From Octopus bimaculoides (lineage: Eukaryota), in the NCBI RefSeq assembly GCF_001194135.2, contig NC_068981.1:84066108-84130107 (forward strand): 64,000 nucleotides of DNA, read 5' to 3'. This document shows positions 52,268-64,000 of the stretch, piece after piece. Both the position numbers and the translations under genes were made by a program. How positions within the stretch are numbered: the stretch's first letter is position 1; each line of letters opens with the position of its first letter. The notes under the pieces are model-generated. The model had not been told where the DNA came from, made no database searches, and was given only the letters and a program-made list of their open reading frames with translations.

Positions 52268-52675
52268 ATCCTTTATCTTTTTACTTGTTTCAGGCAGTCG
52301 TCCGTGGCCATACTGGGAGGGTTTTAGTCTTATGAATCGACTCCAGTACTTATTTTTAAAGTCTGGTATTTATTCTATCGGTATTTCTTCCTACCGCTAC
52401 ACAGACCAACACCCATTGTCAAGCGGTGGTGGGTACAACTACAAAAACAAAGGCACGCAATAACACGCGCGCGCGCGCACACACACACACGCACACAAGA
52501 TATAAATATATATCTGACGGACATCTTTTAGTTTCCGTCTATCACGTTCAATCACAAGGCTTTAGTCGGCCCTGGGCTATTGTAGAAAACACTTGTTCAA
52601 TATGCCAAACAGTGGTACTGAATCCGGAAACATATGGGTAGGAAGCAAACTCCTTATTGCACTGCCGCACTTGTA
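52268..52675 (-). mobile_element. SINE family A, diverged
   Basis: ttacttgtttcagg...ggccatactggg tail; gtttccgtcta..cacaaggctttagtcggccctgggctattgtagaaaacacttg body. Confidence 0.8.
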
Positions 52676-52840
52676 TAATTTCTTCTCATTTATCCACTCT
52701 TTATACATCTTCACTAACTCCTCAAATGCATCGCTCGAAGATTTTGCTTCAAACCTATATATTATTTGGTGCAATGCTTAAAGCAAATCATAATACTGTT
52801 TTATATGATGAGTTTTTATTAACATTAGCCTCCACACACA

Positions 52841-53057
52841 TCTCTTTTACTCTTTTACTTGTTTCAGTTATTTGACTGCGGCCATGCTGGGGCACCGCCT
52901 TTTAGTCGAGCAAATCGAGCCCAGGACTTATTCTTTGTAAGCCTAGTACTTATGCTATCGGTCTCTTGTGCCGAACCGCTAAGTTACGGGGACGTAAACA
53001 CACTAGCCTCGGTTGTCAAGCGAAGTTGGGGGAACAAACACAGACACACAAATATAT

Positions 53058-53088
<31 letters not shown>

Positions 53089-53400
53089 NNNNNNNNNNNN
53101 NNNNNNNNNNNNNNNNNNNNNNNNNNNNNNNNNNNNNNNNNNNNNNNNNNNNNNNNNNNNNNNNNNNNNNNNNNNNNNNNNNNNNNNNNNNNNNNNNNNN
53201 NNNNNNNNNNNNNNNNNNNNNNTATATACATATATACGACGGGCTTCTTTCAGTTTCCGTCTACCAAATCCACTCACAAGGCTTTGGTCGGCCCGAGGCT
53301 ATAGTAGAAGACACTTGCCCAAGGTTCCACGAAGTGGGATTGAACCCGGAACCATGTGGTTCGTAAGCAACCTACTTACCACATAGCCACTCCTGCGCCT
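52841..53400 (-). mobile_element. SINE family A, full length
   Basis: Close to 6190-6929 along the whole length; internal (TA)n holds an N gap; head ends cactcctgcgcct. Confidence 0.92.
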
Positions 53401-53559
53401 TTATATAAAATTCTTTTATATATATTGAAAATGCTGAAAGAAAATGAGTGAATCAATTGAATTTGTCTCTATTTGTATTTTGCTTATCAAGGGCTTAATC
53501 GTTGCTCACAAGTTAGTTGGATCTGGTAGTTAGTACTACACTTTCACTAATTGTTTCAG

Positions 53560-53765
53560 ATGCCTACTTAGTAGTGAGTAGGCTGAGACGATATTTCCAT
53601 CTTCTCACACTTGATCCATCGCATGTGGGACAGATAGAAGAAAAGTTGGCTGCCCGGGTAGTTGGCAAGTTCTTATTTTCAACTGATAGAACTGAATTCA
53701 AGCGAAATTATATGCTTAGCCCAGTGACGCAAAACACCACTCGGTCCAGGAAACGTCCAGCTTAA
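53560..53765 (+). other. Candidate coding exon (terminal), unassigned
   Basis: Acceptor context ctttcactaattgtttcag| with a ctaat branch-point motif; only one frame stays open (68 codons to TAA); non-repetitive and appears GC-richer than the flanks. Confidence 0.3.
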
Positions 53766-54149
53766 TAACTGCAACCCAACACGGTGTCCAATAGGGGCGG
53801 GACGAAATAGTTAAGTAACAAAATTTACAACTATTCGAAATCCAAGAGAATTGCTCAATGAATTTAATATCAAGCAAGTCTGAAATTGCTATCTCCTTCT
53901 CGTAGTTTTTCTGTACATATTTTATCGACATTAGTTGAGTAAAAGGTTATATACATCAAAATCCTAGATTATGAGTGATATTACGTTGATAGTAAGGCTG
54001 AAACGAGAGAAACAGAAAAGATTTATGTGCATTTCCAGTGAAAGGAGAAAAGTTTGGGTACGTGTGTTTCATAAAAAAACTGGAATCAGTTTCTAAACAG
54101 CAGAAATTTGGTCGGAGAGGAAATAGCAATATATATATAGAAAGGATTG

Positions 54150-54845
54150 TTATTATTATTATTCAGTGGTCTTATTTTTATCACGTGCTTTCACTGCACT
54201 ACCGAACGCAGCTCTGTGTGCCTTGGGTATGTGCTGTGATTTGTCGTGATGCTCTTATTTTTGCTGTATTGAAAGTATTTTACGTAGGATGCTTGTGGTG
54301 CCTTGTAGTGCTATTTTCTATGTTATATATACTTGTTAGTCCTGGTGTTTTTGTTATGTATTTGTCTGAATATTTTTTTTATCATACCTATAATAGGAAT
54401 TGTTTATGTTTTTATCATACTATAATAGGAATTGTTTCTGTTTTTAGACTCCACATTCGAGTTACCTCTATTTCCAGGTCTTTGTATTTTGAAAGTTTCT
54501 CCATTACTTTTAGAGAAAAATTGTCATCTGTTGGTATTAATACATCAATTAGAAAACATTTTTTTCTTGGTGATCTCTGACTACTATATCCGGCCTATTG
54601 GCCTTTATTTCTCTATCCGTGTGTATTGGTATATCTCATAGTATGGTTGCTTTCTCATTTTCTGTGACCTTTTCTGTTGTGCGCTTATACCATCTTTTTT
54701 CTGTTGTTATTCCAGTGTTAGCTTAGCTTCCGACTCTGACGTGTCCGTGAATATATTTCTTCTTAGCCAGGACTGGGCAGCCAGGGACAATGTAGTTTAT
54801 TGCTTCTTCTCCATCTCCACATATTCTGAGTTACATGTGTTTCTT
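54150..54845 (-). mobile_element. R4/Dong LINE 3' end: zinc finger and restriction-like endonuclease, 3' UTR ending in (TAA)n
   Basis: RICGDGEEAINYIVPGCPVLAKKKYIH (CCHC finger, H to Y), EKRWY..EKVTENEKATIL*DIPIHTDREIKANRPDIVVRDH (PD motif); ends gaccactgaataataataataac; internal tandem duplication of about 33 bp near 54375-54440. Confidence 0.88.
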
Positions 54846-55010
54846 TTCATTAGATGTTTTTGATCATTTGTAGTGGGGAGGCTTTGTTCTTGTGCTACAA
54901 TTAAAAATCTTTCAGTGTCTGCATTGAGTCCTGAGCTTCTCAGCCATTGTTGGTATTTTGTCTTCTCTATTTCTTTTCTGTTTAGTTTATTATTATTTTC
55001 ATCATCATCA

Positions 55011-55059
<49 letters not shown>

Positions 55060-55091
55060 GTCGTCATCGTCGTCGTTGTTGTTGTTGTTTA

Positions 55092-55283
55092 AAGCGGTGA
55101 GCTGGCAGAATCGTTAGCATGATGGGCGAAATGTTTAGCGGTATTTCTTCCGCCGCCAGGTTCTGAGTTCAAATACCACCGAGGTCGACAATGCCTTTCA
55201 TCTTTTTGGGATCGATAAATCAAGTAACAGTAGAGTACTGCCCCCAAATCTCAGGCCTTGTGCATATAGTAGAAAGGATCATT
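55092..55283 (+). mobile_element. SINE family C
   Basis: aagcggtgagctggcagaatcgttagcatg...ttctgagttcaaataccaccgaggtcgac. Confidence 0.88.
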
Positions 55284-55844
55284 TTTGTGAGGAATTGCAT
55301 CTTTTTGAATCAAGTCTCATCTAAAACTTCACTTTGGCTTTTTTACTATTCGACAAATCTGCGTGGTAATAACGTTAATACTTTTATCTATAACATGCCA
55401 GTTTGTGTTTTGGTGGTGAAAACGGAACTATCAGTGTTTGTGAGTGTACGTGTTGTTTTCTTTGTCATCTTATTCCGTTTATCCTCGATTTTATTTAGTT
55501 CTTTTTTTGTGGGGAGGTACGGTGTAATCAACACTACATTTTTTGTTCACGGTACTTCTTACCTTAAGTATAGGGAGCAATATTGGTTTTTAATATTTCA
55601 ATATGAATAGTAATCTTTTGACAGTATTTTTTTATTTCTTTTCTTAAAAAAATATCTATGAACAAAACAAAACAAAAAAAGCAGACGTTTCGTCCATCCC
55701 TCATATTTGTGCAGTTGTCCACACGCTTCGAGGACCCCATTTGAAATATAATCAGCACCTACACACGGAAAGAATAACAGAAGAAAAAAACATACATTCA
55801 GTAAAACTTCATAATATCCTACATGCATCGTTTCATAAGAAAAA

Positions 55845-55846
55845 TC

Positions 55847-55921
<75 letters not shown>

Positions 55922-55939
55922 AAGAAGAAGAAGAAGAAG

Positions 55940-55972
<33 letters not shown>

Positions 55973-56024
55973 AAAAATGAGCAGCAGCAACAACAATGAT
56001 AACAATAAAAAACCCTACAACAGC

Positions 56025-56060
<36 letters not shown>

Positions 56061-56068
56061 TATCATCA

Positions 56069-56112
<44 letters not shown>

Positions 56113-56137
56113 GTCATCATCATCATTATTATTATTA

Positions 56138-56193
<56 letters not shown>

Positions 56194-56195
56194 GC
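55845..56195. repeat. Compound trinucleotide microsatellites (AAT)n, (AAG)n, (ATT/CAT)n
   Basis: Directly visible; representative of dozens of SSR tracts in the window (AT, GT, ATAG, ATGT, GTAG, AAT, GAT, GGT, TAG). Confidence 0.95.
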
Positions 56196-56896
56196 AGCAG
56201 CATTATCTACTGCCTATCTCCACAATCATCATGAGTGCCATGATCATTATAAAGCACTTATTTTTCACCAGTATAATCATCAAAATCATAATTATTGTCG
56301 TCAGCCTCATAACCATCTCCCCTCTTTCCTTGATATGATTTCGTTCGGTTCAGAAATCAAAAGATTTTTATGACAAACATAATTATACAAGTTAATTTGT
56401 TTTGCTTCTCTGATTCTTGATTCTATTCTGCATGTATGTATGTGCATTTACTGCCAGCCAGTGACGTTGTGTGTCCATGCGCTAATGCACAAGTGTATTG
56501 CACGTGTGTGTGTGTGTGTATGCGTGTTTGCAAGTACGTGTGACCATACGCTTGTGCGTATATATGTGTGTGTATATATATATATTCAGTGTTTGTAAGA
56601 GTGAGTAAACAGATTTGTTGTATCATGTTTAGCAATGTGTAGAAATTGGTTAATACTTGTACATGCCCCTACATTTTGTCAATGAGTATAACTGTGTGCA
56701 ATATGTGTGTATGTGTGTATATATGTTTGTAAATATCTATATAGCTCTCTATCTATTTATTTGTACACGCACAGACACATACACTTATGTATGTACGTAC
56801 GTACGAATGCATGTATGTATTCATATATCTATATGTCTATCTATATGTTACTAGTTGAAGACAACTAAGACTTTATAATCTGTATATATACATAGG

Positions 56897-56933
<37 letters not shown>

Positions 56934-57834
56934 GTATGTATATGTATATATCTTTATATTTATATATCTACACACACACGTTATATACATCTATTTACTA
57001 TAGGCATACAGCTGTTTCAAACATGCATTTGGGTGCGTTGATGACACGATTTGACCAACCGATAGGTTGATCGACTGAAAATATAGGGGACGACCCAGAA
57101 AATGATATCTTCTTCTGGGCCCATAAGAAATGAATAAATATACATGACACGTTATTTCTGTCTATTGCATACGGAAAAAAAATGTGCTCTTAATGCAACC
57201 ACGGATTTACAAAGTTGACTGATGATTGATTTCGACTTCGATTTTCTCCTTCGGATTATTTGGAGTACAATACCGATCACAAAACGTTTTTGCTAGCCTG
57301 GTGTATTTTTATCTGCAACGGTCTTAAGAAGTATTTCGCCTTGCTTAATATATACCTTGCTAACCTTCATATGTACGCATTTATGTAAGTATGTATGCAT
57401 GCATGCATGTATGTATGTATGTATGTACATACATACATATGTATGTGTTATGTAGATAGGTAGGTAGGTAGGTAGGTAGGTAGGTAGGTAGGTAGGTAGG
57501 TAGGTAGCAGGTAGGTAGGTAGGTAGGTAGGTAGGTAGGTAGGTAGATAGGTAGGTAGGTAGGAGGTACGTAGGTAGGTATGCATGTAGGTAGGAGGTAG
57601 GAAGGGAGGGAGGTAAGTAAGTAAGTAGGTATCTGTGCATATATATAAGAGCCAAGTTTCGAGGTGTAGAAAGAAAGCTAGCCTCAAGCAAACCGTAGTA
57701 AATATAAAACACAACATTCAGGGACAATAGTGGTTTATTGAGACGGAAGGTTGTGGATTTTTTCCTATCTAAGTACGATAAACTGAAAAAAGTTATCTTT
57801 ATATTTCACAGTAGACGACCAGGATTGACAGGTG

Positions 57835-57894
57835 TGCCATCCTTAACTACCTCCTACAATTCAGAGATCAAAGAACCCGCTGACATTGCTCTGA
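57835..57894 (+). repeat. 60-bp segment repeated in inverted orientation at 60175-60234; possibly a decayed RTE-LINE 3' region
   Basis: 4 mismatches in 60 nt; translation LQFRDQRTR*HC is weakly like RTE RERRLRFAGHC. Confidence 0.55.
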
Positions 57895-58760
57895 GTTAAG
57901 GAATGAAGTAGAAAAGATCCTGTCTACATATGTTTCATAGCGGAACCGCGGAAGTGGTAAATATCCAAGTGAGTTGTATACTGCAGGCTACTCGTCAGGC
58001 TAAAGGTATCGTGATTAAACGAAAATTTATATTGTGGCAAGGAGGTACTTATCAACAGATGGAAGAGTCGATCAGAACGTGATCAATGTAATCGATAAAT
58101 ACACACAAACACGTGCACGAACGCACTCACACACACACACACACACACACATACACACACGTTATAACATTTATAACATTACTTTAAATCAAGGTGGAAA
58201 AGGATAGTGTCTATATGCATGATCGGTTATATCCTATATTTCGTATAAAAAACTGCAGGCATAAATTTCACGTATAATTCGTCATTAGAATTGCCTCCAA
58301 CAGCTGTTTCATAAGGAATTAGCATAATAACCTCCACATTTTCGTCATTAATTAAGTACATTTATTAGATTAATTTCAAATAATACTTACTCCAAATTAT
58401 CAGGAATATTACGGGCTATGCTAACCATAGTCTGATACTGATTATGATCAATCAGCAAAGTTTACATTTTTCTGCTTTTTATTCTGAAGATAGAAATGCA
58501 TAAGAATTCTGTCATCTCACTGCGGCTATGTTGCAGTACAATATTACGGATTTAGGCGAAGAAATCGACCCCAGTAATTCTTTTTTGTTCTTTTACGCCT
58601 GATATATGCTCTTTGGCCAACAGCTACAGGGACGTAAACAAACCAATATCGGTTTTAAAGCACTGGTGGCGGACAAACACAAGAGCACCACCCCGCTCAC
58701 AAACGCTGTTAGATATATACAAATATATATACATAAACGTACATATATAGAGAGAAAGGG

Positions 58761-58843
<83 letters not shown>

Positions 58844-58875
58844 CAGTTAGATGGATAGGTAGGTAGGTGGATATG

Positions 58876-58936
<61 letters not shown>

Positions 58937-59118
58937 TTTATTAGCCACACAGGGCTCAACAAAAATGGGACAAATACAATGTAGAGCTTTTCTTTTTGGG
59001 AAGGGGAAGGAGTAAAAAAAATAGGGGGGGTCGATCAAAAGGGATCGTAGCAAGGGAAAAAAGGGGGACAGTTCGATCAAAAGGGGTCGAGAAAAAATAA
59101 GCGATCAATACGGATCGT

Positions 59119-59171
<53 letters not shown>

Positions 59172-59297
59172 CAGATAGACAGATAGACAGACAAACAGAC
59201 CGATCGATCGATCGATCGATAGATAGGTAGATAGANNNNNNNNNNATAGATAGATAGATAGACAGATAGGCAGACCGATCGATCGATCAATCGATAG

Positions 59298-59328
<31 letters not shown>

Positions 59329-59332
59329 GATG

Positions 59333-59373
<41 letters not shown>

Positions 59374-60358
59374 GAGCGCGCGCGTGTGAATGATTGTGCA
59401 TGGGTACACATATACAAAGCTGGTTCATTCGTTTCATAGCTTGTATATTTTGCTTAGTGATTTGACCAGTGCTTGTAGTCATGATCTGTTTATTCTTATT
59501 AGTTACAACCATCCGTCACTGCTATTGATATAATATCATTACAATAGGCTGCTATAACATTTGTTCACTAATAAAAGAAACCGTCAAATAAGGCGACATC
59601 ACAATTGACATGGTTTTTATCTGCAGGGTTTGTAAGATAGAGAAAGAGAGAGACAGATAGAAAAAAGAGAAGTGAGTGTGTTCATGTGTGTTTTAGGCCG
59701 TATGAGTGTGGATGAAATGATAATTTGGAAAGAAGACAGTTCTTTTAGCGAAAGCGTGGTAGAAGCGGTGTGAAGCTTATTTCGTACATAGAGTGAAATA
59801 GATGTTCAATTGGAAGAGAGAAAGAGACGCAAATATTGTGTCTGGGTCTGAATGTGTGTGTATGTTTATAATTTTAGAGTGTGTGTGAATGTGTGTGGAA
59901 GAGGAATGAAGAAATATAAAGAGAAATGGCTGGAAATGTAATCGGGTTTTGTTCGAGGATTGCTTTAAATAGGAAGAAAGTAAAAGAAAGTGTTTGAGAG
60001 AGAAAGAATGAAAGAAAGAGGAAGAGAAGGAATGTGATGAACTGGGTGGGTCTATTGCGTTGGTTGTTAAGACACTAACAGTATATCAAAAGACACTTTG
60101 GAATTAAACATCTCCTACTATTGTTCGGCATAGAATGGAGGTCGCCACTTGAATATTATCAAGAATCGACACGATCAGAGCAAGGCCAGCGGCTTCTTTG
60201 ATCTCTAAATTGTAGGAGGTAGTTAAGGATGGCAATTACAACTGCTGAATATGTTCTTCACTGCTTCTGCGCACGCACACACAGATGCCCATACAGACAC
60301 ACACACATAATTACATATGTACACACACAGCGATATCCAATGTATGCATGTGCGTGTG

Positions 60359-60407
<49 letters not shown>

Positions 60408-60703
60408 ATTATATATGTAATATATATGTATGTGTGTGTATGTGTGTGTGTATTATGTATGTAATATATATGTATGTGTGTGTGTGTGTATGTGTGTGTG
60501 TGTATGTGCGCCTAGTGGGGCGCAGGCTCGACCTTGTATATTTGTTTGCATACATATACAGTGGCGCACGCCGGGTGAAGAGTGTTAAACCACTTATATC
60601 CATATACATGTGTATGATTATGTGTATGCGTGTGAGAGTGAGTGTGAGTGTATGTGGATGTATATGTGTATGTATATGCGTATGTACGTATGTCTATGGA
60701 TAA

Positions 60704-60743
<40 letters not shown>

Positions 60744-61776
60744 CAATAAACACACTCAAACAGTCACATTTTATGGATGAGGAAAGGTCCTCAAGGAACT
60801 ATTTTACACACTATATTCATATGCGGTAGTGCTTCAATNNNNNNNNNNNNNNNNNNNNNNNNNNNNNNNNNNNNNNNNNNNNNNNNNNNNNNNNNNNNNN
60901 NNNNNNNNNNNNNNNNNNNNNNNNNNNNNNNNNNNNNNNNNNNNNNNNNNNNNNNNNNNNNNNNNNNNNNNNNNNNNNNNNNNNNNNNNNNNNNNNNNNN
61001 NNNNNNNNNNNNNNNNNNNNNNNNNNNNNNNNNNNNNNNNNNNNNNNNNNNNNNNNNNNNNNNNNNNNNNNNNNNNNNNNNNNNNNNNNNNNNNNNNNNN
61101 NNNNNNNNNNNNNNNNNNNNNNNNNNNNNNNNNNNNNNNNNNNNNNNNNCTAATATATACTTTTGTTATTTACACCACCTGTCCTCGTCTGTTGTTATTT
61201 TTTGTATATTCTCCCATATATATATATATGTATGTATATATATAAATATATATATATATACACACACGTGTATGTATATATATATATATATACATACATA
61301 CATACATACATACATACATACATCATTCAACCACGGTAGTGGCTGAATATATTCTTAAGTCCACCATTTCGTCAATCACAGTTCTCAACTAAATTGCAAA
61401 CTGTTAACAGTTTTAGAAAGGACACCTCCTAAGCTACACTTTGGCATAAATAGTTAGCGATTTGGTTCAGTAGAAAAAAGTTACATCAAAATATCTGCAG
61501 CCTCAAGGGGGTGGGGGGCAGTAAGGCACCTATTCACCTTCAATTAACAAAAACTTCTTAATTTTTAAATAAAGGTATACTTTTCTTAGGCTTAATTGAT
61601 AGAAATATGTATGAAGAATTCAGAGTCGTTAGTCGCATTGAACAAAAATTAGTAGAAGAAAATTATGGGGTGAAATGCCACGAAATTTCGTGTCAGTAAG
61701 TATGAGAGTAAGGGAGTAACGCTTCAGCTATTAGAATTAAAGAATATATTTCTAAAATCAATGGCTACTTTTTTTT

Positions 61777-62435
61777 AAGGCGGCGAGCTGGCAGAAATGT
61801 TAGCGCGCCGGGCGAAACGCTTAACGGTATGTCGTCTACCGTTACATTCTGAGTTCAAATTCCTCCGAGATTGATTTTTCCTTTCATCCGTTCGGGGTCG
61901 ATAAATTAAGTACCAGTTACGCACTTGTGTCCATGTAATCGACTTAATCCTCTTGTCTGTCCTTGTTTGTCACCTCTATGTTTAGCTCCTTGTGGGCAAT
62001 AAAGAAATAAGAAACGTTAGCACGCTGGGTGAAATGCTTAAAATTATTTCGTCTGTCATTACGTTTTTGAGTTCAAATTTCGCCGAGGTCGACTTTGACG
62101 TACAGATTAATTAATTTCTTTTAATTAAACACTTTCAAACTTCCTATACTGGTAAAATATGTCACATAGAATAGGTTATATTCTTAAAGTTTTTGACAAT
62201 TTTTTTGTATTTTAGAAGCGGTATTTCGTCTGTCTTTACGTTCTGATTTCAAATTCCGCTGAGGTCGACTTTGCCTTTCATACATTTCGGATCTATTCAA
62301 TTAGACGCACAGATTATTTAATTATTATTTGTTTTTAACTAAACACTTTCAAACTTCCGATACTGGTAGAATGTGTTACATAGAATATGACTTATCTTGA
62401 CGTTTTTGAAAAAAAATTGTATTTTAGAAGTTATT
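61777..62435 (+). mobile_element. SINE family C full copy followed by partial copies alternating with a duplicated foreign segment
   Basis: Full copy 61777-62010; head fragments 62011-62098 and 62217-62290; foreign segment acagatta..taaacactttcaaacttcc..tgtattttagaag at about 62102-62218 and 62309-62430. Confidence 0.85.
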
Positions 62436-63725
62436 TCGTAAGACGTTACAGAGTGACAATGGACAAATTCGTGTTGGATAAATGCCAATACACAAAACAC
62501 TCAGCTTTTGACTTACTCCCTAACTTTTGCCGATGATATATATACATATTACATATATGTGGAAAAAAATCTCATCACATAACCGACCCAACGAAAGAGC
62601 CTCTACCTCGTCGCTCGACACATAAAAAGTAGTAGCCAATGTATTCCCCTACTCAGTATTTTTTATAACGTAAAATCCTAAAATATCAATTGACACATTA
62701 TTAATTATCTTATAACAGCAATACCTGAAAAAAATCATGGATTACATGGAAAAATGCGAGCATGAAAATATTCTTAAGACTATAAACCTGGAAAAGTACA
62801 GGACAAGTTATTATACCTGTAAAAGTATAGGACAAACTATTACTTCAAGTAAAGTAAAGAATAAGAAACATTTGCTTTCGTTTTATATTATCGGCTGAGC
62901 ATAGTNNNNNNNNNNNNNNNNNNNNNNNNNNNNNNNNNNNNNNNNNNNNNNNNNNNNNNNNNNNNNNNNNNNNNNNNNNNNNNNNNNNNNNNNNNNNNNN
63001 NNNNNNNNNNNNNNNNNNNNNNNNNNNNNNNNNNNNNNNNNNNNNNNNNNNNNNNNNNNNNNNNNNNNNNNNNNNNNNNNNNNNNNNNNNNNNNNNNNNN
63101 NNNNNNNNNNNNNNNNNNNNNNNNNNNNNNNNNNNNNNNNNNNNNNNNNNNNNNNNNNNNNNNNNNNNNNNNNNNNNNNNNNNNNNNNNNNNNNNNNNNN
63201 NNNNNNNNNNNNNNNNNNNNNNNNNNNNNNNNNNNNNNNNNNNNNNNNNNNNNNNNNNNNNNNNNNNNNNNNNNNNNNNNNNNNNNNNNNNNNNNNNNNN
63301 NNNNNNNNNNNNNNNNNNNNNNNNNNNNNNNNNNNNNNNNNNNNNNNNNNNNNNNNNNNNNNNNNNNNNNNNNNNNNNNNNNNNNNNNNNNNNNNNNNNN
63401 NNNNNNAATATGAAATCAATTGGAATAAAAAAAATGAAGAAATTGAGAAGTGGTAGCCAAACAGAAAAGATCCTTCTTTTGTGAAAGAAATGTGTTTCTC
63501 TTGGCTACTGTGTGATCATAAAACTCCATATGCCGTTACTGATGAAGCAGACGCGCTAAGCCTGTGGCATTTCATGAGAATCTTGGACATTGAGCATTTG
63601 CCGTCGTACATTGTCACATAACTCGTTTCCTTCATTAAGCTGTAATTCGGGTCAAGCGAATACCAAGGCCGAGGACGAGATCTCCCTACCAGTCCCCAAA
63701 TTTAGGATCCAAAATTATCGTTGTT

Positions 63726-63758
<33 letters not shown>

Positions 63759-63774
63759 TTACTGGTGGTGGTGC

Positions 63775-63830
<56 letters not shown>

Positions 63831-64000
63831 ATTTGATTCAATCCTTAAGAATACGTTAGGTGGGACGTACTAATTATATATTTCATGACGTTGGTTTTTT
63901 GGGGGTTTTTTTATTTACAGCATTTCAGAATAGGACACATAATCTGAGAAAAAATAAATAATGTAGAATAACATTAAAATGTTTTAAAATGTTACAAGTG

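Overview
Eukaryotic, AT-rich, gap-ridden scaffold segment packed with microsatellites and retroposons. The repeat repertoire (tRNA-derived SINEs resembling the octopus OK/OR1/OR2 families, Penelope-like elements, R4/Dong LINEs, mariners) points to an octopod cephalopod; this is an inference from recalled repeat families, not a database match. No intact protein-coding gene, rRNA, true tRNA gene or CRISPR array is supported, and almost all ORFs in the supplied track are microsatellite or N-gap artefacts. Supported content: (1) two decayed Penelope-like elements (29.4-31.95 kb: RT plus an inverted GIY-YIG segment; 39.15-40.4 kb: GIY-YIG end); (2) R4/Dong LINE fragments (RT at 44.2-45.7 kb, restriction-like endonuclease end at 54.15-54.85 kb); (3) an ORF1-only, zinc-knuckle L1/Tx1-like gag remnant (11.0-12.0 kb) abutting a mariner left end; (4) an internally deleted mariner with both TIRs and TA duplications (14.27-15.13 kb); (5) several palindromic MITE-like elements; (6) more than 20 SINE copies of three families. 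Best leads: a tRNA-headed, (AAT)n-linked element carrying a type I hammerhead ribozyme (51.9-52.2 kb, second partial copy at 12.1 kb); a second hammerhead downstream of a Penelope GIY-YIG region (39.3 kb); and a short ORF starting with a Bcl-xL BH4-like motif (50.4 kb) with a candidate exon 3 kb downstream.
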